Part shown: piece after piece, positions 10,617-21,411 of the stretch | Layout: each line of letters opens with the position of its first letter | Position numbering within the stretch: the stretch's first letter is position 1 | Source: Sedimentisphaeraceae bacterium JB056 | Lineage (GTDB): Bacteria; Planctomycetota; Phycisphaerae; Sedimentisphaerales; Sedimentisphaeraceae | Assembly (NCBI GenBank): GCA_044440125.1 | Contig: JBITAJ010000008.1 | Span: forward strand, 32,001 to 96,000 | Direction of reading: 5' to 3' | Length of the DNA stretch: 64,000 bases | Program-made: the position numbers and the translations under genes | The notes under the pieces: model-generated | Told to the model about the DNA's origin: nothing | The model's database searches: none | The model's input: only the letters and a program-made list of their open reading frames with translations

Positions 10617-11906
10617 TTATTTTTGGCTTTTTTCAAGTGCCTGAGCGAAATCCGCTATCAAATCATCGATATCCTCAATACCAACCGATACCCTGATGAA
10701 ATCAGAGGTTACTCCGGCAGCTTCCTGTTCCTGCTCGGTCAGTTGCTGGTGTGTGGTTGTTGCGGGATGAACAACCATTGTTCTTGCATCAAGCAGATTC
10801 GTTATATGGCTGGCAAGCTTTACATTATTAATGAACTTTTCGCCCGCTTGCTTTCCGCCCTTAATTCCAAATCCTAAAATTCCACCCTGACCTTTAGGCA
10901 GATATTTCTGTGCACGTTCAAAATCAGGATGCGACTCAAGCCCCGGATAGTTCACCCAGCTTACGCTTTCATTTGCCTCAAGAAACTTAGCGAGAGCGAG
11001 GGCATTTTCGCTATGTCTTATCGCACGCAGCGGCAAGGTAGTAACGCCATGAAGGAACATGAACGCATTAAAAGGTGATAAGCATGCGCCCGTATCCCTG
11101 AGAACCTGAACACGCAATTTGATGATAAACGCAATGTTGCCAAATTGCTCATAAAATTTCACACCATGATAACTTTCATCAGGTTCGGTAAGGCAGGGGT
11201 ATCTGCCTGATGCCCAATCAAAATTACCTGAATCGATAACGATTCCGCCTATGCTTGAACCGTGGCCATCGATCATTTTCGTGCAACTATGAATTACAAT
11301 ATCAACACCATGATCTATTGGATTGAAAAGTATAGGCGAAGCAACCGTATTGTCGCAAACAACTACAACACCTGCTTGATGAGCTACTTCAGCTATTTTT
11401 TCATACTCAAGAACATCGTTTTTAGGATTACCAATTGTCTCAATATAAACGATCTTGGTATTGCTATCTATCGCATCTGCAAAATTTTGCGGATCTGAAG
11501 CATCTACGAATTTTGCTTTAATTCCCCATTTTTCAATTGTATGCGCAAAAAGCGTGGCTGTTCCACCATACAAAGAACTTGATGTTACAATATTATCTCC
11601 CTTTTCGCATAAATTCTGTACTACGCCTGTAATTGCTGCCATGCCGGAACTGAAGGATAAGCCTGCTGCTCCCTTTTCCAGCATCGCTATTCGTTTTTCA
11701 AATATCTCACAAGTGGGGTTTTGAAGCCTGCTGTAGATATTGCCAAACTCGCTCAATTCAAAAAGGCTTGCGGCGTGTTCCGTGCTATCGTAATGATACG
11801 CTGCTGTTTGGTATAACGGTACATTGGCACTTTTTGTTGTCGGATCAATTTCGTAGCCACCATGAACCGCTAATGTAGCCTGTTTATAATTATTATCTTT
11901 TTGCAT
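10617..11906 (-). CDS. metY: O-acetylhomoserine aminocarboxypropyltransferase / sulfhydrylase (PLP)
   Basis: PLYQTAAY, GNIYSRLQNPT, SSGMAA, LYGGT, HSCTK PLP lysine, HPATTTHQQL, RVSVGIE; SD AGGAG. Confidence 0.9.
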   Translation of the reverse strand: MQKDNNYKQATLAVHGGYEIDPTTKSANVPLYQTAAYHYDSTEHAASLFELSEFGNIYSRLQNPTCEIFEKRIAMLEKGAAGLSFSSGMAAITGVVQNLCEKGDNIVTSSSLYGGTATLFAHTIEKWGIKAKFVDASDPQNFADAIDSNTKIVYIETIGNPKNDVLEYEKIAEVAHQAGVVVVCDNTVASPILFNPIDHGVDIVIHSCTKMIDGHGSSIGGIVIDSGNFDWASGRYPCLTEPDESYHGVKFYEQFGNIAFIIKLRVQVLRDTGACLSPFNAFMFLHGVTTLPLRAIRHSENALALAKFLEANESVSWVNYPGLESHPDFERAQKYLPKGQGGILGFGIKGGKQAGEKFINNVKLASHITNLLDARTMVVHPATTTHQQLTEQEQEAAGVTSDFIRVSVGIEDIDDLIADFAQALEKSQK

Positions 11907-12001
11907 GATATTTATCTCCTGACTCTATAAGACTATATTTAGCAAAGCTTTGCACAAGGCCTTGTGAACTCGCATGCAACTTCACTAATTCCAAAGCAAA
12001 C

Positions 12002-12030
12002 ATTATAGTCTTGTTGGATGTTTTTTCCAA
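12002..12030 (-). promoter_or_regulatory. Putative sigma70 promoter of metY
   Basis: Minus strand TTGGAA-N17-TATAAT, about 95 nt upstream of the metY start. Confidence 0.55.
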
Positions 12031-12102
12031 TAATAATCAAACTGTATGTGCTTTTTTTGAAAAATATTGCATACGCCATATCTTTGCAAGTTAGTTATTA
12101 CC

Positions 12103-12116
12103 CTGATTTACATCAA
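12103..12116. promoter_or_regulatory. FNR/CRP-family-like box upstream of tal-glgP-xfp
   Basis: CTGAT-TTAC-ATCAA, one mismatch to TTGAT-N4-ATCAA. Confidence 0.35.
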
Positions 12117-12200
12117 TATAAGGAAAACCCTTATTTACAAACCATCCTTATTGAGCAATAATCATATAAATAGTTAATCTTTATAAGTTTGGAGAGAAAA

Positions 12201-13328
12201 ATGGTAGAAAATCCGTTAAGAAGCTTATCGAAATTCGGGCAATCAATATGGCTTGACTATATCAGTCGTCAACTTATAGAAAGCGGTCAGCTTGCCGAAA
12301 TGATAAAATCGGACGCTCTCAAGGGTATGACCTCAAATCCTTCTATATTTCAAAAAGCCATTTCGAAAAGCACTGATTACAATGAGGATATTGCCGAAAT
12401 AGTCCGTAATGGCGGAACGCCTGATTCTGCTTATGAATTAATCAGCCAGAAGGATGTCAGGACGGCGGCTGACGAGTTTCGATGTGTTTTTGATGCAACA
12501 AACGGATTGGACGGGTATGTCAGTCTTGAAGTCAATCCGCATTTAGCTTACGATACTCAAGCTACAATAGATGAAGCTAAAAGGCTTTGGGCGTCACTTG
12601 GAAGACAAAATGTTTTCATAAAAGTTCCATCAACTATTGAAGGTCTGGATGCAATAGAACAGATAATCAGCGAGGGGATAAACGTAAATGTTACATTACT
12701 GTTCAGTGTGCCACGATACCGCAAAGTTGTGGATTCGTATTTTTCCGGTCTTGAGAAAAGACTTGAGCAAGGCAAATCTATTGACAGCATTGCTTCTGTT
12801 GCAAGTTTCTTTCTTAGCCGCATCGATTCGAAAGTTGATCCGATTTTGTCGAAAATTATTGAGCAGGGCGATGAAAAAAAGGATACAGCTCAAAAGGTAT
12901 ACGGACAAACGGCGGTGTCATCAGCAAAGATCGCTTATCAAGTCTGCAAAGAATTGCATTCGAGCAAACGTTTCAAAAAATTGGAAGTTGAAGGAGCAAG
13001 ACAGCAGAGATTGCTTTGGGCAAGCACAAGTACTAAAAACCCGGAATTCGATGATGTGAAATATGTTGAGGAGCTTATCGGCTCAAATACCGTCAACACA
13101 ATGCCTCCCGAAACAGTTGACGCTTACAGGGATCATGGCAATCCCCGGTTCAGGCTTGAGCAGGATCTTGAATTTGCCGACTGGGTATTGCAACAGCATC
13201 AGGTATTAGGCATAAATCTCGAGCAGATTTGTCAGGAGCTTGAAGATGAAGGAGTTAAAAAATTTATTAAACCCTTTGATGATCTTATGCATACTCTTAA
13301 ATCATCAATTGAAAAATTATCGGATTAA
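12201..13328 (+). CDS. tal: Transaldolase (long, Tal-Pgi-type family)
   Basis: GQSIWLD, GMTSNPSIF, GYVSLEV, VFIKVP (Schiff-base Lys), NVTLLFS, SVASFFLSRID, LLWASTSTK; SD GGAGAG before ATG 12201. Confidence 0.93.
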   Translation: MVENPLRSLSKFGQSIWLDYISRQLIESGQLAEMIKSDALKGMTSNPSIFQKAISKSTDYNEDIAEIVRNGGTPDSAYELISQKDVRTAADEFRCVFDATNGLDGYVSLEVNPHLAYDTQATIDEAKRLWASLGRQNVFIKVPSTIEGLDAIEQIISEGINVNVTLLFSVPRYRKVVDSYFSGLEKRLEQGKSIDSIASVASFFLSRIDSKVDPILSKIIEQGDEKKDTAQKVYGQTAVSSAKIAYQVCKELHSSKRFKKLEVEGARQQRLLWASTSTKNPEFDDVKYVEELIGSNTVNTMPPETVDAYRDHGNPRFRLEQDLEFADWVLQQHQVLGINLEQICQELEDEGVKKFIKPFDDLMHTLKSSIEKLSD

Positions 13329-13354
13329 ATTATTTAGATATTAAGGATTTTTTT

Positions 13355-15901
13355 GTGGATAACAGACAGTTTTTTTCAAATTCAGCTGACAGTTTCTTGC
13401 CTGCAGATGTAGAAGGTTTTGACGCCTTAGCAGAATTGGCACTTGATATACGGTGGTCATGGAATCATTCTGCTGATGAAATGTGGCGTGAACTTAATCC
13501 TGATTTGTGGGAACGTACAAATAACCCATGGGTTATTTTGCAAACAGTTTCACCTGACCAAATAGAAAATATAATAAAGACGGATGCATTTCGGGCTAAA
13601 GTTGACGAGCTTATCCAAGGCAAACGTCATGATATGGAAACAGATGCTTGGTTTCAGCAGAATCATAAGGACTCGAAACTTAAAACAGTTGCATATTTCA
13701 GTCTTGAATTTATGCTTAGTGAAGCCTTGCCTATTTATTCGGGTGGACTTGGCAACGTTGCCGGTGATCAGTTAAAAACGGCCAGTGATCTTGGTGTTCC
13801 GGTAGTAGGAGTTAGCCTCTTATATCAACAAGGTTACTTTCGCCAGATGATAGACAAATACGGTAAGCAGCAAGCACTTTATCCTTATAACGATCCAGGT
13901 CAGCTTCCAATCACACCTCTAAGACGCAAAGATGGTCGATGGCTTCGTCTTGAAATCAATTTGCCTGGTTATTCAGTTTGGTTAAGAACGTGGCAAGTCC
14001 AGGTTGGCCGAACCAAGCTTTACTTACTGGACAGTAATGATCCAGCCAATTTCCCGGCTCTGCGAGGTATAACAAGTGAGCTTTATGGCGGCGGTATTGA
14101 TATGAGGTTGAAACAAGAACTGCTTCTTGGTATAGGTGGCTGGAAACTACTGAAAGAACTGGGTATAGAGCCTGAAGTTTGCCATCTCAACGAAGGGCAT
14201 GCTGCCTTTGCGGTACTCGAAAGAGCCAAGGATTTTATGAAAGAAACCGGACATGATTTCGATGTAGCAATGACTGCAACACGGGCCGGCAATCTTTTCA
14301 CAACACATACCGCAGTGCCTGCCGGATTCGACAGATTTCCACCGTCACTGATTGAGCAGTACCTTGGTTATTATGCCCCAAAAAAACTTGGAATTACAAT
14401 TAAGGACCTGCTTGCATTGGGAAGGTCTGACCCTGATGATGACAGCGAGTATTTTAATATGGCCTATCTCGCAGTAAGGGGCAGTGGAGCTGTCAATGGA
14501 GTCAGTATGCTTCACGAGAAAGTAAGTAAAAAAATACTCAGTCCTCTTTTTGCTAATTGGCCATTGGAAGAAGTACCTGTTGGACATGTGACAAATGGAG
14601 TTCATATGCCAAGCTGGGATTGTGACCGCGCAGACGCTCTTTGGACTGAAGCTTGCGGTAAATACAGATGGATGGATGTAACAGAAGATCTTGGTAAAGA
14701 TATCAGAAAGATAGATGACGTAACTTTATGGAAACTTAGGACCGATTCATGCAAGGACCTCATAGAATATACACGTTTGAGGCATTCGATGCAATTGGAA
14801 TCTTGTGCAGAGTGTGATCAAATTATTGACAATGCGAAAGAAATGTTTGATCCCAATATTTTAACACTTGGATTCGCCCGCCGCTTTGCGACTTATAAAA
14901 GGCCTAATCTTCTCCTTTATGACAAACAGCGTTTCAGGAATCTGCTTACAAATCCTGAAAGGCCGGTACAACTCATAATAGCAGGAAAGGCACATCCTGC
15001 TGACAAGGCCGGTCAGAACCTTATAACACAATGGACCGAATTTATTCGTGACCCGCAGATTTCAAAGCATGTTGTCTTCTTAAGTGATTACGATATGCTT
15101 TTGACTGAACATCTTGTCGCAGGTGTTGATGTCTGGATAAATACTCCAAGACGTCCATGGGAAGCAAGTGGGACAAGCGGGATGAAAGTCCTTGTAAACG
15201 GAGGACTTAATATCTCAGAACTTGATGGCTGGTGGGCAGAAGCTTACAGGCCGGAAGTTGGTTGGGCAATAGGTGATGGACTGGAGCATGAGGATTCAGA
15301 GCAACTGGATAAGGATGAGGCATGTGCCCTTTACGATTTGTTGGAGAATGAAGTTATTCCCGAGTTCTATGAACGCAATCAAAATGGTATCCCTGAAAAA
15401 TGGGTTAATCGAGTCAGGGAAAGTATGGCGACCTTGACACCGCATTTTTCAGCTAACAGAGCAGTAAGAGAATATACTGAAAAATTTTATATATCGTCGG
15501 CACATGAATATAGTCGAAGGATAGAAGACAACTGTGCACTTGCTAAGGAAATAGTTGATTGCCGCAAAGACCTTGACCATAAATGGAAAATGTTGAGATT
15601 TGGTGAGATGAAAATAGAACCTAAGTGTGATGGATATCTGTTTGATGTGCAGATATACCTTGATAGTATAGACAAGGATTCTGTCAAAATCGAGTTGTAC
15701 GCTATTGGTCTTGAAGGCCAAGAAAATGAAGTGTATGAAATGTTACCTGTCTCGGAACTTGTAGGCGCTGTGGGGGGATATAATTATCAGGTTGAAATAA
15801 CTACCCAAAGAAATGCATCAGACTACACGGCACGAATCGTACCGGCGATATCCAATATGTCAGTCCCCTTAGAATGTCCTAATATATTATGGCAGAAATA
15901 A
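13355..15901 (+). CDS. glgP: Alpha-glucan (glycogen/starch) phosphorylase
   Basis: YSGGLGNVAGD, HLNEGHAAF, GFARRFATYKR, GKAHPAD, EASGTSGMK (PLP Lys), LDGWW. Confidence 0.95.
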   Translation: MDNRQFFSNSADSFLPADVEGFDALAELALDIRWSWNHSADEMWRELNPDLWERTNNPWVILQTVSPDQIENIIKTDAFRAKVDELIQGKRHDMETDAWFQQNHKDSKLKTVAYFSLEFMLSEALPIYSGGLGNVAGDQLKTASDLGVPVVGVSLLYQQGYFRQMIDKYGKQQALYPYNDPGQLPITPLRRKDGRWLRLEINLPGYSVWLRTWQVQVGRTKLYLLDSNDPANFPALRGITSELYGGGIDMRLKQELLLGIGGWKLLKELGIEPEVCHLNEGHAAFAVLERAKDFMKETGHDFDVAMTATRAGNLFTTHTAVPAGFDRFPPSLIEQYLGYYAPKKLGITIKDLLALGRSDPDDDSEYFNMAYLAVRGSGAVNGVSMLHEKVSKKILSPLFANWPLEEVPVGHVTNGVHMPSWDCDRADALWTEACGKYRWMDVTEDLGKDIRKIDDVTLWKLRTDSCKDLIEYTRLRHSMQLESCAECDQIIDNAKEMFDPNILTLGFARRFATYKRPNLLLYDKQRFRNLLTNPERPVQLIIAGKAHPADKAGQNLITQWTEFIRDPQISKHVVFLSDYDMLLTEHLVAGVDVWINTPRRPWEASGTSGMKVLVNGGLNISELDGWWAEAYRPEVGWAIGDGLEHEDSEQLDKDEACALYDLLENEVIPEFYERNQNGIPEKWVNRVRESMATLTPHFSANRAVREYTEKFYISSAHEYSRRIEDNCALAKEIVDCRKDLDHKWKMLRFGEMKIEPKCDGYLFDVQIYLDSIDKDSVKIELYAIGLEGQENEVYEMLPVSELVGAVGGYNYQVEITTQRNASDYTARIVPAISNMSVPLECPNILWQK

Positions 15902-15927
15902 TGAAGTGAAAGAAAGGAAATTTCAAA

Positions 15928-18315
15928 ATGGAGAATGGGATTAGAAAAGTTTCAGGTGAACCTTTATCACCTGAATTGTCAGACAAAATGCACAGATACT
16001 GGCAGGCCGCTAATTATTTATCTGTCGGCCAAATATATCTTTACGACAATGCTCTGCTCAAGCACCCACTTAAAGCAGAGCATATAAAACCGCGGCTTTT
16101 AGGTCACTGGGGAACAACTCCCGGGCTCAATTTCATTTATGTGCATCTCAACCGGATCATAAATAAAAATGACATTGACATGATATATATAACAGGCCCA
16201 GGTCATGGCGGTCCTGGACTGGTGGCCAATACATATCTTGAAGGTACGTACAGTGAGTTATATCCTAATATTTCGCAGGATGAAGCCGGCATAAAGAAAC
16301 TTTTCAAACAGTTTTCATTCCCCGGCGGTGTACCAAGCCACGTTTCTCCTGACACGCCCGGGTCAATCAATGAGGGCGGTGAGCTTGGGTATTCTCTTTC
16401 GCATGCTTACGGTGCGGCTTTTGACAACCCTGATTTAATTGTGGCTTGTGTAGTAGGTGACGGGGAAGCTGAAACCGGGCCTCTTGCCACCAGTTGGCAC
16501 TCAAATAAATTTCTCAACCCTGAACGCGATGGCGCCGTGTTACCTATCCTGCACCTAAACGGGTACAAAATAGCAGGCCCCACTGTGCTTGCCCGTATTC
16601 CGGAAGAAGAGCTATTCTCGCTTTTCAAAGGCTACGGATACCAACCGTATCTTGTTGAAGCAACTGATACAGAAAGTACACACCAACTGATGGCTGCTAC
16701 ACTTGATACGGTAATCAGTGAAATTCAGGCTGCTCAGAAAGAGGCTCGCGCTAACGGGTACAAAAAAAGGCCGTTATGGCCAATGATAATCCTCAGAACA
16801 CCTAAAGGGTGGACAGGCCCCGCTGAAATAGATGGAAAACCAGTTGAGGGAACATTCAGGTCGCATCAAGTACCTGTAGCAACTTTGGCAGAAAATAAAA
16901 ATCACCTTAAAATACTTGAGAGCTGGATGAAAAGCTATGAGCCCGATAAGTTATTTAATGAAAAAGGGGAGTTGATTTCTGAACTTGCAGAGCTTGCACC
17001 GAAAGGCCGCAGACGCATGGGGGCGAATCCGCATGCCAATGGTGGCGAGCTGTTGAGAGATCTTAAGATGCCGGATTTTAGGGAGTACGCAGTCAATATA
17101 GCCAAACCCGGCAGCGATACAGCTGAGTCGACGAGGGTTATGGGAGCTTTTATACGTGATGTCATGAAAGCCAATATTGAACAGAAAAACTTCCGCATTT
17201 TCAGTCCTGACGAAACGGCATCAAACCGATGGGCAGACGTATTTGATGTAACCAAAAGGTGTTTATGCGCTGATATAATTGATATTGATGAAAACATTTC
17301 ATGTGATGGACGGGTAATGGAGATGCTTAGTGAGCATCAATGTGAAGGGTGGCTCGAAGGTTATCTGCTTACCGGCCGCCATGGGTTCTTTTCTTGCTAT
17401 GAAGCTTTTATTCATATTGTCGACTCAATGTTCAATCAACATGCCAAATGGTTGAAAATGACTTCAACGATACCATGGAGAAGGCCTATCGCATCATTGA
17501 ATTACTTGCTTTCATCACATGTATGGAGACAGGATCATAACGGTTTCAGTCATCAAGATCCCGGATTCATTGATCATGTAGTGAATAAAAAAGCCGGAAC
17601 AATAAGGGTTTATTTGCCTCCAGACGCAAATGCGTTGCTTTCTGTAACTGATCATTGCTTGAGGAGTCGTGATTATATCAATGTCATTGTTGCAGGCAAA
17701 CAGCCTCAAATTCAATGGCTTGACATGGATTCTGCAATAAAACATTGTACAGCAGGGCTTGGTATCTGGGAATGGGCCAGCAATGACAATGGCTGTGAGC
17801 CCGATGTGGTTATGGCCTGTTGCGGCGATGTGCCTACTCTTGAGACACTTGCGGCGGTGCAAATGTTGCGGGAGCAGTTTCCTGAACTAAAAGTAAGGGT
17901 AATTAATATAGTTGATCTTATGACGCTTCAGCCTCAAAGCGAACATCCTCATGGATTAAGCGACAAAGATTTTGATGTTTTGTTTACAAAAGACAAGCCG
18001 GTTATCTTTGCGTATCACGGCTATCCCTGGCTGATACATCGGCTTACATACAGACGGACAAATCATCATCAATTTCACGTAAGGGGATATAAAGAAGAAG
18101 GCACTACAACAACACCGTTTGACATGGTTGTACTCAATGACTTAGACCGTTTCCATCTGGTAGGTGATGTTATAGACAGAGTTGAGTCTTTAGGAGCAAG
18201 AGCAGCTTACGCCAAGCAATTCCTGCGTGATAAGCTTCTTGATCACAAAAGTTATATACGGAAATACGGGCAAGACATGCCTGAAATACGCGAATGGAAA
18301 TGGACATTGAACTGA
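15928..18315 (+). CDS. xfp: Xylulose-5-P/fructose-6-P phosphoketolase
   Basis: [34 protein letters not shown] ThDP motif, [33 protein letters not shown]. Confidence 0.95.
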   Translation: MENGIRKVSGEPLSPELSDKMHRYWQAANYLSVGQIYLYDNALLKHPLKAEHIKPRLLGHWGTTPGLNFIYVHLNRIINKNDIDMIYITGPGHGGPGLVANTYLEGTYSELYPNISQDEAGIKKLFKQFSFPGGVPSHVSPDTPGSINEGGELGYSLSHAYGAAFDNPDLIVACVVGDGEAETGPLATSWHSNKFLNPERDGAVLPILHLNGYKIAGPTVLARIPEEELFSLFKGYGYQPYLVEATDTESTHQLMAATLDTVISEIQAAQKEARANGYKKRPLWPMIILRTPKGWTGPAEIDGKPVEGTFRSHQVPVATLAENKNHLKILESWMKSYEPDKLFNEKGELISELAELAPKGRRRMGANPHANGGELLRDLKMPDFREYAVNIAKPGSDTAESTRVMGAFIRDVMKANIEQKNFRIFSPDETASNRWADVFDVTKRCLCADIIDIDENISCDGRVMEMLSEHQCEGWLEGYLLTGRHGFFSCYEAFIHIVDSMFNQHAKWLKMTSTIPWRRPIASLNYLLSSHVWRQDHNGFSHQDPGFIDHVVNKKAGTIRVYLPPDANALLSVTDHCLRSRDYINVIVAGKQPQIQWLDMDSAIKHCTAGLGIWEWASNDNGCEPDVVMACCGDVPTLETLAAVQMLREQFPELKVRVINIVDLMTLQPQSEHPHGLSDKDFDVLFTKDKPVIFAYHGYPWLIHRLTYRRTNHHQFHVRGYKEEGTTTTPFDMVVLNDLDRFHLVGDVIDRVESLGARAAYAKQFLRDKLLDHKSYIRKYGQDMPEIREWKWTLN

Positions 18316-18326
18316 TACGAAAACTG

Positions 18327-18710
18327 TTAAAAGTTCAATCTTTTGTTGAGTTTCTCAAGTGCATGGTTAAATGAGTTATCAACTTCTGTGAATTTGAGTT
18401 TGTTTTTGCTCTTTGTCAAAGGTGCTAACTTGGCGTTGTACATCAGCACAAAATCATAACCAGAGGGAATAGTTGCAAGATTTATGCGGAAAACCTCACG
18501 AAGAAGTCTTTTAAGCCGATTTCTAACAACAGCGTTTCCAAATTTTTTACCAACAGAAATGCCTGTTCTGGATATATTCTGATTGTTTGGTGCCGCGAAA
18601 ACAACTAAAATATCATTACGAACGCAAATTCGTTGAGAGATTATTTCCTTAAAACGGTCATTGGACCTAATTCGTCGATTTTTGCCAAATTTACAGTTAC
18701 TCAAGATCAC
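18327..18710 (-). CDS. rnpA: Ribonuclease P protein component
   Basis: RTGISVGKKFGNAVVRNRLKRLLREVFR RNR motif. Confidence 0.92.
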   Translation of the reverse strand: MILSNCKFGKNRRIRSNDRFKEIISQRICVRNDILVVFAAPNNQNISRTGISVGKKFGNAVVRNRLKRLLREVFRINLATIPSGYDFVLMYNAKLAPLTKSKNKLKFTEVDNSFNHALEKLNKRLNF

Positions 18711-18809
18711 CTTGCTAATTAAATCGGTAAAAGCTCAAAAATACATAAGATTTTACGAGACAGTTTTGCTAAGTATAATTATTGCTCGCATTAGAGCAGG
18801 TTTAGCGGT

Positions 18810-18837
18810 ATTATACAATGGTGTTGAAAACTGTCAA
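18810..18837 (-). promoter_or_regulatory. Consensus sigma70 promoter of rnpA
   Basis: Minus strand TTGACA-N16-TATAAT. Confidence 0.7.
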
Positions 18838-18989
18838 GTTGAGTTATGTGGGTCATGGGTATATTTAGTCTAATTTTTTCTGGTATTTTGGCATGCGATG
18901 GATTATAATTCGTGTCAGTTAAATTTCTATTATAGTGTACTTAAGAAGGATGTATAAGTTTAGTATTTTAAGGTTTTTAGGTCAGTTTC

Positions 18990-21008
18990 ATGAGTGAGAG
19001 CGGGTTGCTAAATATACTACTTATAGAGGATAATCCCGGAGATGCAAAGCTGATACAGTATTCATTCAGCAAGTCGCGTTACTCTGAGGATTTTGAGGTC
19101 AAGCATTCAAAAGACCTTGCAGATGGAGTAAATCAGCTCAATAACAACCGGTTCGATCTGGTGCTTACGGATCTTGGTCTTCCTGACAGTGTAGGACTTG
19201 ACACGCTTAAATCCGTTTCTGTCGCTGCCGAAAACATACCAATAATCGTCCTTACCGGGTTGAATGATGAGGAGCTTGGTGTCGAAATGATCAAAAATGG
19301 TGCTGCTGACTATGTAGTCAAAGGCCCTGATGTCATGCACTCATTGCCGCAGATAGCCAGATATGCTATAGAAAGAAGCCGTGCTGAAACAAGAATTCTG
19401 CGAGAAACCGCAAAATTGTCAGCTATTTTCCTCGGTATTGGTGAAGGAATTGCCTATATAGATTCAGACGATAATGTTATTGAGGCCAATAAAGCAATTA
19501 CTGGTTTTTTAGGTTTTGTAAGAAACCAGATAATAGGCAAGAATATCAAGGACCTTGGTACAATTTCCAAGCGTCTCCAAAAGCGAATAGCTGAACTTAA
19601 AAAGTCGCCAGAACACACAATGAAAGCCTACACTGAAAAACTCAGTGAAGATATGATTGTTGAAATAAGACTTAGTTCTGTATGGCAAAACGATCTCTAT
19701 ACGGGTACTATAATAACAATCATGGATGTTTCTGAACTGGTATCTGCAAAAGAGCAGGCAGAAAATGCCAATAAAGCTAAAAGTGAATTTCTGGCTAATA
19801 TGAGTCATGAAATCCGTACGCCAATGAATGCGATTATTGGAATCTCCAATACTCTTCTGAAGTATGATACAGATAACCTGCTCGAAAAACAGATTGAAGG
19901 CGTCAAAATTATAAACGAAAGTGGTCAACGCCTGTTGCTGCTTATAAATGACATTCTTGATCTCTCAAAAATTGAATCCGGTAAGCTTGATATTAATCTT
20001 GAAGTATTGCCGCCACAAAGTCTTGTAGAATCGCTCAGAAGTGTCGCTACCGCCATGAGTCACGACAAAGGCATTCAGTTTATATTAGAAATAGATGATG
20101 AATCTTTACCCTTGATGGTAGCCTCTGACAAACAGAAAGTAAGTCAGGTATTATTGAATTTGGTTGGGAATGCAATAAAATTCACAGAAAAAGGGTTTGT
20201 AAAATTAGCCTTATCGGCCAAAAAGGATATGCTTTGTTTTGAAGTAGTTGATACCGGCGTTGGTATAAAAGGCGAGGATCTGGCAACTATCTTTGATGAA
20301 TTCAAACAAATTGACAGCTCTATGACTAAGCAATACGCTGGGACCGGTCTTGGCCTTGCTATATGCAGGAAGCTAATTGAGATGCTTGGCGGTCATATCA
20401 GTGTAGAGAGCGAATGTGGTGTAGGAACTACATTTTCATTTGTTTTGCCGATAAACACTGAATTTGTAAAGGAAAATAAACCGAAGACAACAATTTCCAG
20501 TACGCAGCAAAAAATCCTGAATCAAACAGGCAGCATCAAAAGACCTGACTTGCAGAATAAGCCCAAGCCTATTGGTTCTTCGGCAAATATTAAAAAAGCT
20601 CAATCAATCAAAGACGAAACAGAGTTCAAAGCTCAATCGCATAAATCTCTGGTTCTTATTGCGGAAGATAATAAGTTCGGCCGAATGACAATGAAGATGA
20701 TGCTCGAGAAAGATTACAATCTGACTTTTGCTGAAGACGGTAAGCAAGCAGTTGAAAGATACATAAACGATAAACCGGATATTATCTTGATGGATATCAT
20801 GATGCCTGTCATGGATGGTGTTGAGGCAATGCACAAAATATCTGAATGCAATGGCGGCAAACTTCCAATACCGGTTATTGCCGTAACTGCGAAAGCAATG
20901 AAGGGTGACAAAGAGTCACTGATAAATGAGGGATTCAGCGCATATGTGTCAAAGCCTATTGACAGAGTTGAACTTTCAGAACTAATACAGATGCATTTGA
21001 AAAATTAA
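18990..21008 (+). CDS. Cytoplasmic hybrid histidine kinase (REC-PAS-HisKA-HATPase-REC)
   Basis: N-terminal REC IEDN..TDLGLPD, PAS-like segment, [37 protein letters not shown]-terminal [17 protein letters not shown]; no TM. Confidence 0.93.
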   Translation: MSESGLLNILLIEDNPGDAKLIQYSFSKSRYSEDFEVKHSKDLADGVNQLNNNRFDLVLTDLGLPDSVGLDTLKSVSVAAENIPIIVLTGLNDEELGVEMIKNGAADYVVKGPDVMHSLPQIARYAIERSRAETRILRETAKLSAIFLGIGEGIAYIDSDDNVIEANKAITGFLGFVRNQIIGKNIKDLGTISKRLQKRIAELKKSPEHTMKAYTEKLSEDMIVEIRLSSVWQNDLYTGTIITIMDVSELVSAKEQAENANKAKSEFLANMSHEIRTPMNAIIGISNTLLKYDTDNLLEKQIEGVKIINESGQRLLLLINDILDLSKIESGKLDINLEVLPPQSLVESLRSVATAMSHDKGIQFILEIDDESLPLMVASDKQKVSQVLLNLVGNAIKFTEKGFVKLALSAKKDMLCFEVVDTGVGIKGEDLATIFDEFKQIDSSMTKQYAGTGLGLAICRKLIEMLGGHISVESECGVGTTFSFVLPINTEFVKENKPKTTISSTQQKILNQTGSIKRPDLQNKPKPIGSSANIKKAQSIKDETEFKAQSHKSLVLIAEDNKFGRMTMKMMLEKDYNLTFAEDGKQAVERYINDKPDIILMDIMMPVMDGVEAMHKISECNGGKLPIPVIAVTAKAMKGDKESLINEGFSAYVSKPIDRVELSELIQMHLKN

Positions 21009-21009
21009 T

Positions 21010-21411
21010 ATGATATTGCGAATAACATACTTTACAACTACTGCCGCAATTCTCTCAACTATAATACTTATAGTTCTTACACATATCCCCGAGAATCATA
21101 TTTCATATTATGTAAAATCTCATGACAAGCAGTTGCATTATACGGCCTACCTTATGGTATCATTTCTGTATGGCATATCTTTTTCACAAAGAGGCTGGAG
21201 AGGTCTGCTGGGATTAATACTGGTAACTCTGGCAATGTGTGCGTTAGGTGCAGTTGATGAGTACAGCCAGCAGTACTTTGACCGCAGGACTGACATCAAA
21301 GACTATTACGCCGACCTATGGGGTATATTTACAGGGGTATCAATTGCAACATCACTATGGTTGGTAAAAACAATTTCAAATTTTAGAGTAAAGATCAATA
21401 TATCGAGATAG
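21010..21411 (+). CDS. VanZ-family membrane protein
   Basis: DKQLHYTAY and GAVDEYSQQYF.RRTDIKDYYAD motifs, four hydrophobic segments. Confidence 0.8.
   Translation: MILRITYFTTTAAILSTIILIVLTHIPENHISYYVKSHDKQLHYTAYLMVSFLYGISFSQRGWRGLLGLILVTLAMCALGAVDEYSQQYFDRRTDIKDYYADLWGIFTGVSIATSLWLVKTISNFRVKINISR

Noticed and set aside
11893..12003. Possible leader peptide upstream of metY
   Set aside because: Its ATG lies inside the predicted -10 box and it has no Met/Cys codon run
18661..18873. 70-aa ORF as a possible rpmH or leader
   Set aside because: Wrong strand relative to rnpA, overlaps its promoter, and has no L34 motif
18886..18910. TTGGCATGCGATGGAT as a sigma54 promoter for the kinase operon
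   Set aside because: The -12 TTGC element is missing at the required spacing
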